From Octopus sinensis (Eukaryota), in NCBI RefSeq assembly GCF_006345805.1, contig NC_042999.1, forward strand, positions 43,834,001 through 43,898,000: 64,000 nt of DNA, in the 5' to 3' direction. The notes beneath the pieces are model-generated. The model had not been told where the DNA came from. It worked only from the letters and a program-made list of their open reading frames with translations, and did not search any database. A program made the translations under genes and the position numbers. How positions within the stretch are numbered: position 1 is the stretch's first letter; each line of letters begins with the position of its first letter. This document shows, one piece after another, positions 24,671 to 37,061 of the stretch.

Positions 24671-25030
24671 TAGTAAAAACAAAGAAGACAGGTGTAAGAA
24701 CAACAAGAAAGTGTATTAGTTTGACGCTCGGGAAAAATGGAAAAGTCTTTTACGTTTCGAACCTACACTCTTCGACAGAAAGGAATTTGAAGAAATAAAT
24801 AGAGAGAGAATAAAAAAAAAACGTGTTGCATTCAGTGGTCCAACATGGCAAATGATGGACCACTGAACTCAACACGTTGTTTTCATTATCTCTCTGTTTC
24901 CTCTTATTCCTTTCCGTCGAAGAGCGTAGGTTCGAAACGTAAAAGACTTTTCCATTTTTCCCGAGCGTCAAACTAATACATTTGCCTGTTGTTCCTACAC
25001 CTGTCTTTGTTTTTCTATAAATTTGAACTA
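24670..25030. mobile_element. Fold-back element with two divergent HHR-like motifs (24747-24782 minus, 24910-24945 plus; family F4)
   Basis: Arms of ~150 bp are near-perfect reverse complements. Motif: CTTT-CYGTCGA-A-GAGYGTAGGTTC-GAAAC-GTA-AAAG. Confidence 0.8.
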
Positions 25031-25224
25031 TATATTATACTCTCACGTGGTTACCCCAGTTTGATCGTGATTGTACTTCCTACTCTCTTGGTCTTGTATA
25101 TCTTAACCACTCCTAGACCTTTCAGCATCTCTCTTCATCTACATACCAGCACTCCACCCGGACTACCACTGGATCTTCGTACTCTTTTGGATTCTACCTT
25201 CACGGATCTCACTGGCTATTTTCG

Positions 25225-25231
25225 TTTATGC

Positions 25232-25289
<58 letters not shown>

Positions 25290-25505
25290 CTGTCTGTCTG
25301 TGTCTGTGTTTGTACCCCCGCCATCGCTTGACAGCCGATTCTGGTGTGTTTATGTCCCTGTAACTTAACGGTTCGGCAAAACAGATCGTTAGAGTAAGTA
25401 TTAGGGTTACAAAAAATAAGTCCTGGGGTTGATTTCTTCGACTAAAACCCTTTAAGGCGGTGCTCCAGCATGACTGCAGTCAAATGACTGAAACAAGTAA
25501 AAGAA
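25225..25505 (+). mobile_element. SINE group A 3' half
   Basis: TG tract followed by GTGTCTGTGTTTG...GAAACAAGTAAAAG. Confidence 0.8.
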
Positions 25506-25594
25506 TACAAGAATATCAATGAAAACAAACATATCGAACGGGGTGAAATATAATTAAATTATTTATATACAAAAGGATGCTGTAATTATATAAA

Positions 25595-25950
25595 ATGAGA
25601 GAAAAAAACAATGGACAGCTTCCAATTCATTGCTTAAGGAGAATGCTCGACATCAAGTGGCTACAAAAAGTCCAGAATGACACGATTGTGACCGACAATG
25701 GACATCAACAGGATCAGTGACGTATTAAGACACACATTGGGACGGGATCGGACACGTCTTCAGACAAGATAGAGAAAGCGATTGTACGGTGGCATTTAAG
25801 TGGCAGTCTGAGGGGAAAAGAGCAGCAGAGCAACCTAAAACCACATGGCGAAGGACGTGGAGAAGCTGGAACGAGACAAGTGGCAGAAAACAGGGTTGGT
25901 TGGAAAGATCATGTTGCGGCCTTATGTGTCTTATGGCACGAAGAGAACTA
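25595..25950 (+). mobile_element. RTE-clade LINE 3' fragment
   Basis: Translation (with shifts): FQ..CLRRMLDIKWLQKVQND...WIGHV...KWQSEGKRAAEQPKTTWRR...AENRVGWKDHVAALCVLWHEEN*. Confidence 0.8.
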
Positions 25951-26164
25951 ATTATACAAATAATATGAGATTAAATAAGGAAATAAATTTTATTTTTTAG
26001 TAATTAAAATTTCTTCTGGAAGGGAATAATAAACATTTTGCTTTATTGAACCTGGGAAGATGAATGCTATAGTTTACTTGGGCTGTATTTGAACTCAGAA
26101 CGTATAGAGGTGGTACACTCTTCGTACAACACTAGCAACTCTGCCAACTCACCACACTAAATTA

Positions 26165-26790
26165 AGCAAAATTAAAAATGGTTTCAAATTTTAGCTCATG
26201 GCCAGCAAGATCGGAGTTCAACTAGTACTAAGGCAAAATCGACCTCAGCGGAATTTGAACTCGGAACGTAATGAACGAAATGCTTCTAAAGGCATAATTA
26301 ATATTGATTTCAGATTTTGATACAAGGCCAACGATTTCGGGGGAGAGGGGTAAGTCGATTACATTGACCCCAGTGATCAACTGACATTTATTTTACCAAT
26401 CCCGAAAGGAATGAAAGACAAAGTCGACCTCGGCGAAATTTGAACTTAGAAAGTTAAGACGGACGGAATGCCGCTAAGCATTGTGCTAACGATTCTGCCA
26501 GCTCGACGCCTTAAAGGCATAATTATTATTGATTCCCAATTTTGACACAAGGCCATCAATTTTGGAAGAGGGATAAGTCGATTACATCAACCTCAGTGTT
26601 CAACTGGTACTTATTTCATCGACCCTGGAAGACTGAAGGGCAAAGTCAGCCTCGGTAGAATTTGAACTCTGAACGTAAAGACAGACGAAATGCCGTTAAG
26701 AATTTTACCCGGAACGGTAACGATTCCACCAACTAGCCACTTTAAAAGGCATAATTAGTATTGATTTTTAACTTTTGCTACAAGGCCACG
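26165..26790 (-). repeat. Tandem array of ~225-bp SINE B-containing units
   Basis: Junction AAAGGCATAATT.TATTGAT...CAAGGCC recurs at ~26289, ~26514 and ~26746. Confidence 0.75.
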
Positions 26791-26842
26791 GGTGGGTTAC
26801 AGCCTAGAATACTTACAATATTCTTTTACTACTACGCACGCG

Positions 26843-27468
26843 CACACATAATACATACATACATACATACATACATACATACATACATACATACATACAT
26901 ACATACATACATACATACATACATACATACATACATACATGCATGCATACATACATACATCATACATACATACATACATACATACATGCATGAATACATA
27001 CATACATACATGCATGCATACATACATGCATGCATGCATGCATGCATGCATACATACATACATACATACATACATACATACATACATACATACATACATA
27101 CATGCATGCATGCATGCATACATACATACATGCATACATACATACATCATACATACATACATCATACATACATACATCATACATACATACATACATACAT
27201 ACATACATACATACATACATACATACATACATACATACATACATACATGCATGCATGCATGCATGCATACATGCATGCATACATGCATACATACATACAT
27301 ACATACATACATACATACATACATACATACATACATACATACATACATACATACATACATGTATGCATGCATGCATACATACATACATACATGGATGCAT
27401 GCATACATACTTACATGCATACATACATACATACATACATACATACATACATACATACATACATACAT
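26843..27468. repeat. ~625-bp (TACA)n microsatellite with (TGCA)n interruptions
   Basis: Direct reading. Confidence 0.97.
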
Positions 27469-27749
27469 AATGATTACCGCGTCCTGTCAGATAATGGTCT
27501 CTTATATTCATCGAAGAAATGAAATGATAATGAAACATTGGTACGTCATTGAATGTTGAGTGTTAAAAGCTAGTCCATCACTTTTGTTGCGCTCTCCATC
27601 GTCATAATAGGTTCCGATGACAAACACCACACAATGACTGGCATTATTTTAACTGCAAGTTTTATGTCAAGAGGATCTTTCTTCCGGAACAGCTGCCAGC
27701 CTCATGGCTTTGTCAAAAATAAGGGGAGCTTCGTCTACCCCTGGAAAAT

Positions 27750-27910
27750 CTATCAAGCCCATTGATGGAACCCGGACAAACATTACCGTTCCGGGTCAGA
27801 ACGGCCCTGGGAATAATGGCAATTTAAGGGGTGACTCCACGCTCCCCACAACGCCAGAACTTCCCCGAACTGGAGCCTCACCGCCAGATGCAGTTTAATG
27901 TCATACCCAC
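27750..27910 (+). repeat. Unclassified interspersed repeat fragment (retroposon-like)
   Basis: CCGGGTCAGAACGGCCCTGGGAATAATGGCAAT...GGAGCCTCACCGCCAGATGCAGTTTAATGTCATACCC recalled as a common mollusc repeat. Not verified. Confidence 0.35.
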
Positions 27911-29944
27911 ACACACATACATACACCCACACACATACGCGCGCACACCACATACATACATACATGCACACATACACATGCACACATACGCGCACATACA
28001 TACATACATACGTACATACATGCACACATACACACACGTATGTACGTACGCACACACACGCGCGCATACATATACATACATACATACATACATACATACA
28101 TGTGTGTATTTCAGTGGTATGACTGACGAAGATGGCTACAGATTCAACTCAAAAATACAAATCGACGTTTATTATCTTTATCTTCTTTAATAAACTTAAT
28201 TGTATGTGTGTGTGCGTGCGCGCGCGTGCATTTGTGTTTAATGTGAAGAATGTGTTAGTGCCGTAAAGAGGGGATAATTTCTCTTCGCATAGCCTACGAC
28301 GTAGGGATGATATTTGATTTGCTACAGTTTATTCGCTTTTTATCCTTATGTTTAATTTACATGAGACGGCTGACATGTCCCAGACGCATAGTTTCATTTA
28401 GAGGAAAACAAAAAGCACGCGCGTGCGTATAAAACACTCGGAACATTTTGTATGTTTGCGTCAACAAGTTCATTGGATGCAGACATTTCCGAATGGTTTA
28501 GTAGCTCGCTTCGCAAAAACGAAGTCCTACTTTCGATTCCACTATGCGACACTTTGAGCAAGTATTTCTGTCTCTCATAGCCTTTTGGGCGGTAATTCGA
28601 GGCTTGTAAGTGAAACTGACTCAACAGAAACCTTGTTGAAACTCGTTGGATTGAGTGTACTTGTAACTCAAAGAACCAGTTTTATCACACTGTTTATATC
28701 AAGATTACGACAAAAGTACACGTGTCTGTGGTAGACGTGTCAGTCATTTGAAAGAAGCAATGCTTTTTTGGAAATATTGTCTGGTACTGTACCTTTCTAC
28801 GGCTAGACATAAAACTTTTGTAAGCTATTCTTTGAAAAGGCTCTTAGTCATCCATACCTTCTTATTTGAACGTCAAATCAAAGGTAGATTAGACTTTGTG
28901 TAACCCTTGAAAGCCCTTGGATTTTTGGAGTGATAAGAGTAAAGGCGTTAATATCATATCACTAACAGTATTTCACCTCAAGAGAAGTGTCAGGAGGTTT
29001 TTGGAAGCTAGCCGCTTTGATTATAATACAATGGGCAGCCAGCACTGTTAATCAGACAATTGGCTTTTCACTGTCGAAACCGATGGATGATCTACTGATT
29101 CTGCCGTACATCTCTCTTTACACATAAGCAATACCTATTTCTAATATAGATACAAGACCACATCTTTTGTGACAGTATGTTGAAGTCAATTATAACTACT
29201 CATTACTTAAAGGGTCTTCGGATTAATCGACCCCAGAAAGATGAAAGGCAAAGTTGAATCTGATCCCTATGGGATAAAAACTCTAAACGTAAATGAAAGC
29301 AAACTAAATATTGTAAAGCGTTATATTATGTCCACTGCCTTATCGATTCTGTCATTCGCTACCATATAGAGATAAACAATACGAAAAACAAAACTTTCAT
29401 CTGTGAAGTGATCGATAAAATACAGTACCAATCATATACTAAGAATCACTTTAAAAATCTATAAATTTCACACACACACACGCACATGCACACACACATA
29501 CACACACATTAAAAATAAAACAACCTTTGGCTTCGTATCTATGTGAAATAATGTTAAAAAGAGAACGAGGTGACTCAGAGGAAGAGTGAAAATTAATACG
29601 ACCATATGTAAAGGTCTCAGTGAAATACTAAGCTTCTTAGTCATACGAATTATTCTACTTCTATGGCAACAAAATAAAATAGTATTTTATATCTCCTAAT
29701 AATCTCTATTATTGTTATTGTTAAAAATGCTGGAGTTAGAGTTAGCGTCACCGATATTAACTAACCTCGCTAAGTTCGGTGCAAAATGTTCTTTTTATGC
29801 GGGGACTAACTTTATTTATTTGGGTCACAGGTAGTTTATTCTCCAGAAAAAAAGTGAAACTAAATTACGCTGAAAGTGGTGACAGCGAAATCCAATAATT
29901 TCTTTGCGCACGCGCACACACTCACACACACACATACACACACA

Positions 29945-31290
29945 TACGAACTGAAGTCAAAAACTATCCGTACTTTTGCCAAAACTTTCCTTAGCTTGGT
30001 TGCACCGCCTTCAGCGCTCGCATGCTAAAAGGTTATCTAACCGAGGTTTGATCTTGATCGCCCCAGTTTTCTTTCTTGTGTTACAGAGTAAACAATAGCC
30101 GTTCCGCTGGCAGTGTACACCATAGAAAAACAGAAAATTGTGAACCGATTCCTCTGGTCTGAAGGTGTGTCGGAAACTGAAATTCATCGCAGACTTTCAG
30201 TATAATACGGGGACAGCGCTCTAACATGTAGAAGTGTGTATAAATGGATCAAGAAGTTTCAAAATGGTTGGACAAGTATCAAGCACGAAGAGGGATCAGG
30301 ACGCCCAACAACCTCCAACACTAATTCAACAAACTCGAGAGATGTTTCTGGCAAACCGACGCGAGACCATCTATGAAGTGGTATGTTCTCTGCAAATTAC
30401 TCATGTCTCTGCGTATGAAATCATCCACAAGCTTCGCTTCTGTAATGACCTTGCGAACACCCGTGCCAAGGGTGCTAACCGAAGTACATAAAAGGGGTCT
30501 ACAGTCACCAGCGTAGGCTACAGTTAGCTGCTGGCCAACAGACTGAAACCAGCACTTCGCAGTAAACACCGAAGTCTATTGTCAAAGCGAGTGTTATTGT
30601 TACAACAATGCACGCCGACACACGGCTACCAACATCGTTGAAACCGTTGAAAAGTTGGTTTTCGAGTTGCTGGGACACCCTGCATACAGTCCAGATCTCG
30701 TCCATTCCGATTATCACATCTTTGGACCGCTCAAACATCCTTTCCGAGTTCTATATATAAGAGATGAGGAATTGTGTACATTATTTACATTCAACGGATA
30801 TTTGTCCTCATCTTGTTTGTTGTTAACACAACGTTTCGGCTGATATACCCTCCAGGCTTCTTCAGGTGTCTTGGGGAAATTTTGAACCTGCGTTCTCATT
30901 TATAAGGTGTTTTTCGATGTTGTCATTATTATTATTGTTGTTGTTGTTGTTGTTATTGTCACTGACCTGAACAATAATAATAATAATAATAACATCGAAA
31001 AATACCTTAGGAATGAGAACCCAGGTTCGAAATTTCCCAAGACACCTGAAGAAGGCTGGAGGGCATATCAGCCGAAACGTTGTGTTAACAACAAACAAGA
31101 TAAGGACAAATATCCGGCGAATGTAAATAATGTATCCTTTCCGGGGTCATCGATTTGCTACGGACAAAGAAACACGGGAAGCGGTGCATAAATTACTGCG
31201 CGACCAGCTGAAAACCTTCTCCGACAGAATAAGCAAATTTGTGGACCGCTGGAAGAAGTGCATGGGAAAGCAAGGAAAGTACAGTAATAC
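29945..31290 (+). pseudogene. Mariner (DD34D-type) transposase fossil interrupted by a fold-back insertion
   Basis: N-terminus EKQKIVNRFLWSEG...EIHRRL...VYKWIKKFQNG..SIKHEEGSGRPTTS. Catalytic region HPAYSPDLVHSDYHIFGPLKHP|FRGHRF...AVHK...ISKFVDRWKKC. TIR-like TACGAACTGAAGTCAAAAA at 29945. Confidence 0.88.
30747..31133. mobile_element. Fold-back PLE-tail insertion with two divergent minimal HHRs (30825-30870 minus, 31041-31086 plus; family F2), 10-bp TSD
   Basis: ATCCTTTCCG at 30737-30746 and 31134-31143. Right motif: GACAC-CTGAAGA-A-GGCTG/CAGCC-GAAAC-GTT-GTGTT. Confidence 0.85.
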
Positions 31291-33025
31291 CCACTTTACG
31301 AGGATCTGCTTTATGAGACTCAAGGTTTACGAGTTTTATTTTCTGTTTACGAGTTTTCGCTTTACAAGCATTCTCCGGGAACGAATTAACTCGTATACCG
31401 AGGCATTACTGTATGTCGAAAAATGATGCAATTGTCCAATTCCGTTTTAATAAATTACAGAAACAAGAACACTACATATAATTTTTTTTTTATCCTTGCA
31501 TATATATATATATATATATATATAGCGATGTTTCCAACGTATATAGAATTTAACGCGAAAACAATATATATAGAACGTATATTAATGCAGATAGAGTTAA
31601 ATTTCTTTTCTTTTCGAAAAAATTTAAAAAAAGAGTGTACACATATACCATCACTGAATCTATTTTGAGCTTCACCACCGTTTCCTATCAATTCTTTGTG
31701 AACAAGTCACTAGTCGTGCAGGATTATTACATAGAACCCATGCAGCAATATTGTTTGTCATGCGTCAAGATGCAAGCCACAGAATGACTTCTTCAGTGAT
31801 ATTCGTTGCTGGATTTAGTACATTGAAGCAGTGTATCTTGCTTATGATATCACTAGAAGTTACAATACAGTTGGATGTCTGTGGTCGAGGTATGATCAAA
31901 GAGTTCTGTTACTAATATTAGGCATTTCACTGATGTCACTTCCGGCGCAATTTAGTTTCACTTTTGAGGGGGAGACTAAACTGCATGTTATCTCCTTATT
32001 CTTTTCATTTCCACGCTGTAGATGAAAGTATGTGCCAATAAGCCAACGATGTCCTCTTGCTCTGGAATATCGCTCAGTAAATCTCACAAGATTCTATAGA
32101 TAGCATCTAACATACATATGGCTTGTATAGAACATTCGAAGGGAAAATAACCGATCAATAAAATTTATTAATTAATAATTCAGATATACTTCGTCCCATA
32201 TCAAAATTAATGGAGTAATTTTGATATGATGACAAATGCTACACAACTCCAAATTCCATAGTAAGCAATAAATATTCATATGAAGATTAAGAACGGATAA
32301 ATGCAATTAAGTACAAAGCATGTTTCTAAGACAGAAATGATGTAATCTGCCGCGTCATCGGGTACAAATCGCAATTATCAAATCAATTCAGCATCGGGTA
32401 TCGAACGTTACCAGAGAGAAAAAAAATTGTAATCTGAATGGGAGTCGTTAAACGGTTTTTATGAACAGCCAATTGCAAGGATTTTATGTAGTATCCTAAA
32501 CCTGGGAATACAAAACAAGTAGCGGACTGTAGATTTCGTTATTGTTCAACCTTACATCGGCCCTGATCGAGCAGACCTTTGATCAAAGCTGTGACTATTC
32601 CATATGCTTTAGGGTTATATAGGCCTGCAGTATCTATTCTGTTCCTGTCATTTTAAGACGATGGGATGTGATTTAGAAGAGATTTAGCTGTAGTTTCTAG
32701 GAGGTAGAGTGACCACGTTAAGGCTTCCTGTTTAAAGTCAATAATATTGTATGGTCAATTAAATCAACTTCAACGGAGCCATTCTTTCAAATTTGACCTG
32801 GTATCCAAGCAACTGAATCGTTACTGCTTTTGTTGTCATTATGCCCATGGTTTTCGTTGACACCGTTTTAAAAACCATTGTTGTTCCGTAGTTATAATTG
32901 GACGCAAACTATAAAAGCCCATTGTATTAATTGTACTTTTAATTGAAAAAGTACAACCTTTTCAGCCACTGTGTCACACTGATTCTGCCTGAGAATTACT
33001 TTAGGTGTACACATGTCTGTGGTGA

Positions 33026-33335
33026 AAGAGCATGGTTTAGTGGTTAACGTATTCTGCTCATGAACGTGTAGTTGTTAGATCGATTACCCGGCAGCGCGTT
33101 GTGTCCTTCAGCAAGACACTTTATTTCATGTTGCTCCAGTCCACTCAGCTGAGTTGTACCTGTAATTCAAAGAACCAGCTTTTTCATATCTGTGTCATGC
33201 TGAATCTCCCCGAGAACGTGCTAAGGTTACGCGTATTTGTGGAGTGCTCAGTCACTTGCACGTTAATTTCATGAGCAGGCTGTTCCGTTGATTGGATTAA
33301 TTGGAACCCGCGTCGTCGTAACCGACGGAGTGCCA
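33026..33335 (+). mobile_element. tRNA/CORE-type SINE sharing tail X with group C
   Basis: CATGGTTTAGTGG A box, TTGTGTCCTTCAGCAAGACACTTTA (CORE-like), ends GTCGTCGTAACCGACGGAGTGCC. Confidence 0.7.
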
Positions 33336-33439
33336 TTTCCATGTCTGTGCTATATTCAGCTGCTTCCGCACGCTGATTCAACTAATTCAGTGAGAAGGTT
33401 AGGTTGCCCAATTGAGCTCGGTTACTAATTTTTTTAGAT

Positions 33440-33842
33440 TTTTAGTCAAATGAATCGACCCTAGTAGTCTTTTGGGTTGTTTTTTTTTTTAATCTGATAC
33501 TTATCTATCGGTCTCTTTTGCCGTACTGCTAGGCTACGAGAACACACCAATACACCAAAACAGGTTGTCAAGCGTTGGTGACACACATATTCACACGTAC
33601 ATACATACATACATACATACATACATACATACATACATACATACATACATACATACATACATACATACATACACACATTAGATGGGTTTCTTTGGGATTT
33701 CGTCTATCAAACCCACTCACAAGACTCTGGTCGACCCAAGTCTATAGGTGAAGCCACTTTCCTGAAGTGTCACGCTCTGGGACTGAACACGGAAGCATGG
33801 GACTGGGAAGCAAGCTTCTTACCACAAAGCCACGCCTGCGAC
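33440..33842 (-). mobile_element. Diverged SINE group A with internal (TACA)n
   Basis: Ends CTTACCACAAAGCCACGCCTGCG. Confidence 0.75.
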
Positions 33843-34489
33843 CATACTTATTTATATATTTATCTATTTTGTAAGTCATTCTCAAGATTTCAAATAACCA
33901 CTTAGTGCGTTTTGAGTTATGACAACAACAAAAAAAAAAAGAAGAAAGAAAAGGAGAAAATAAATCTAATAAGGAACTGCCTTGCATATCCGGTTTTATA
34001 TCAAAATGACCTTCTCCTAGAGACACACTTTAACAAATCCGAGCGGTATCTCACGCCCAGCGGTTACCCAGCATATCAGACACCAACTCGGAATTTCTAA
34101 GTGACCGTGCTGTTGCTAAATTGTTGTTCCATCCGTCATTGGTTCCATCAGTCATTTTGACATGTCTTTGGTTGTTTAGTCTGGCTTGGTTTCTAGCAAC
34201 ACTTTTCAGCAGGCAAGCTTGGTGGGGTGGGGCGGAGTCGGTTTAGTCACCGACGACTCGACCGTGCAACATGTACTGAGGTCCATGTTACCAGTAGCTC
34301 TCATGAGTGAGAGGGAGAGAGAGGCCTCACAAGTGACCTGACATAACATACGTACGTATGTACGCACGCACGCACGCACGCACGAACGCACACCACACAC
34401 ACACACACATACACACACACATACATACATCATACATACATACAATCCAGGAAACTGGATTCTTTTCAGTACAGAGGCCCGAAGAAAAT

Positions 34490-34760
34490 AAAGCAGATAA
34501 GGTGGCCAAACATTATATCAATGGGTGAACTCAAGAAAATAACCGAAGTCCCCAGGATAAGCCAATAAGTAAAAAGGAAACGATGGAATTGGATTGGACA
34601 TATATTGGGAAAGGAACCCAATCATCATTGCATGATCGCCTTGACTTGGCAACCTGAGAAGAAGAGAAAAGTTGGTAGACCAAAAACCACATGGAGAAGG
34701 AGAGGGGAAAAGGAAAGGAATCAAGCTAGATGGTCATCATGGAATGCAGCAAGAAAATGG
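34490..34760 (+). mobile_element. RTE-clade LINE 3' fragment
   Basis: IRWPNIIS...KRKRWNWIGHILGKEPNHHCMIALTWQPEKKRKVGRPKTTWRR. Confidence 0.85.
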
Positions 34761-34767
34761 AAAACGA

Positions 34768-34802
<35 letters not shown>

Positions 34803-34813
34803 ATATATATATA

Positions 34814-34854
<41 letters not shown>

Positions 34855-35080
34855 CATATAAAGTTAATAAATATGTACAGATATTTAAGTAGGAGTGACA
34901 TGGATTGTCCCTATTCTAAGGTGTTAGGCTTAATCTGACACTTGGTTTGATACACCTACTTGGCTACTTTAAAAAAATTAATTCTGTTGCAAATATTCTG
35001 GTTAAGTCGCCGGTCTCAAGATAACTTCATACAACAAGCATCGGAGCCCCTGAAAAAAAAAGGGATGGGTGCTGGCTTAA

Positions 35081-35285
35081 CGTATTTTCCGGTATACAAG
35101 TCGAATTTTTCAGACCAAAAATTACAGCCCAAAAACGTAGGTCGACCTATATACCAAGATGACTTTGAAGATCTAAACATTCCACGTGAAATACAGCAGA
35201 ATTTGGAAAAATTGCGACGATGTTTGAATTTTAACGCTATATGTTTACTCAATATACTATGTCTCCTTGTATGCCGGAAAATACG
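35081..35285. mobile_element. MITE with 20-bp TIRs (Tc2/pogo-like termini)
   Basis: CGTATTTTCCGGTATACAAG (35081-35100) vs CTTGTATGCCGGAAAATACG (35266-35285). Confidence 0.75.
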
Positions 35286-35454
35286 GCACCTCCTTTTCTT
35301 TGGTTAAAAAGAATAAACAAATAATTTAGTAAAGTGTTACAACCGCAGTACCTGTCAGAAAACGAGGTACGGGTTCAAGATATGCGTTGAAATGTTTTCC
35401 GAAGACATTGTTTAGTAATCCTTGTTTAGTAGTCAGGCTCTCAATTAACTTTCT

Positions 35455-35747
35455 GTTTGTTCCTTCTCAAGCCATGCCTGGCTCATTAGGGCCGGTTTCC
35501 TTGGCGCATAGGTTCCCCACCTGGACGGGACGCCAGTCCGTCGCAGGTGAGCTGCAAAATACAGGAGGAAAGAGTGAGAGAAAGCTGTGGCGAAAGAGTC
35601 AGCAGAAGTTCGCCATTACCTTCTGCCGGAGCCCCGTGGAGCTTAGATGTTTCGCTCATAAACACACACATGGCCTGCTCTGAGGTTAGAACCCGCGATC
35701 CCTCGACCGCGAGTCCGCTGCTCTAACCACTAGGCCATGTGCCTCCA
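35455..35747 (-). mobile_element. SINE group C variant (tail Z) with 13-bp TSD
   Basis: CAATTAACTTTCT at 35442-35454 and 35748-35760. Confidence 0.88.
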
Positions 35748-35799
35748 CAATTAACTTTCTACTATTATGCAAATAAGTTATGCTTGGCACAAATTTATA

Positions 35800-35839
<40 letters not shown>

Positions 35840-36224
35840 AATTGTATATGTATATATATGTATGTATGAATTGTCTGCCTTTCCATGATAAGGAATTATT
35901 ACTACAAGAGGAAAACGCTTGCATTACCTAGTGGTGAGGCTGTACGGCTCGTGATCATGAGGTGATGCGTTCGATTCCTGGAACCAAGCGGTATATTGTA
36001 TCTTTGAGCAGCACATTTCACTACAATGAGTACAAGTCGAATGCTGGTGCAGCTTTCTCTCCCTTCAGCTCTTACATCCTGGTTAGTCCACAGTCAAGGG
36101 TGAGTGGGGGCCGAGAATGTGTCTATGTCTGCTCGATACTAACTTAGTCACCTAAAACAACAAGCAAGCGGATGGTACATGCTACCAAGCCGTACTTACC
36201 CGAGTATGACGGCTGGTTGTATTT

Positions 36225-36705
36225 ATTCGGACAAGTATCCTCATCTTGATTGTTGTAGTCACAGCAGTATCGGCCGTTGTACCCTCCTATCTTTTTCATG
36301 TGTCTGTTGTATTCGCTAATGTTCAAAGAATTCCAAGCAGATCTTTGACAAACCCAAAGGAGTAGATTGCTTTTGTTCTATGGTCTGCACCAGATATTTC
36401 CTTGGAACAATTCGATAATGAATGTAAGTGTCTTAGCAAGCGGACATAAGTTCGATCCTCATGTCAACCAGAATTCCGATTCAAACAGAATGAGGAAGCG
36501 ACATCACATGTAGGAGAACAGTTTAATTGAAGAATATTCTTATTATTGACGACGGAATTACAACAATCTACGTCCGTAAGTCTAATAAATGGTCCGGTTT
36601 GATCTTCCGAGAGTGTTATCAAATATGACAGGCACCTGAAGAAGAAGATAGGAGGACACAATGGCCAAAGCGTTATAATTATAAGAGTTGAGATGAAGAC
36701 AGTAG
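36225..36705. repeat. Old degenerate fold-back pair of family F2
   Basis: 36636 CCTGAAGAAGAAGATAGGAGG...CCAAAGCGTT...GATGAAGAC and the reverse complement of 36230-36305 both resemble 31046-31115. Confidence 0.5.
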
Positions 36706-36845
36706 CCTGAATTTGTCAGTGTATAGTTTTGTTCATATTTTAATAAGTAGACTTCCGTTACTTTATTTTAACACCTTTAAAGAGAAACGGGCAAGATATA
36801 GTACAACGATATATATTAGCAACAAAGGCTGTATGAATACCGAGA

Positions 36846-37061
36846 GGTAATATTTATCCCCCACTTAAACATGGATGTTCTGTTAGGACAAGCTATACTG
36901 CAGTTGTTACCATGAGAGAAACTCTCATATTGGCTTTTTGGTGCAAAATGTATTCTTGCATTTTGTACCAAAAATCCAAATGAGAGTTCCTCTCATGGTA
37001 ACAACCGCAGTATAGTTTGTTCTAATAGAACATCCACGTTTAAGTAGGGATAGACATTACC
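36846..37061. mobile_element. ~216-bp almost perfect palindrome (MITE-like)
   Basis: GGTAAT...ATTACC termini, ~104-bp arms, ~8-nt loop near 36953. Confidence 0.8.

Noticed and set aside
34960-35307. 115-aa non-repetitive-looking ORF
   Set aside because: Overlaps a 205-bp MITE with TIRs; no known motif.
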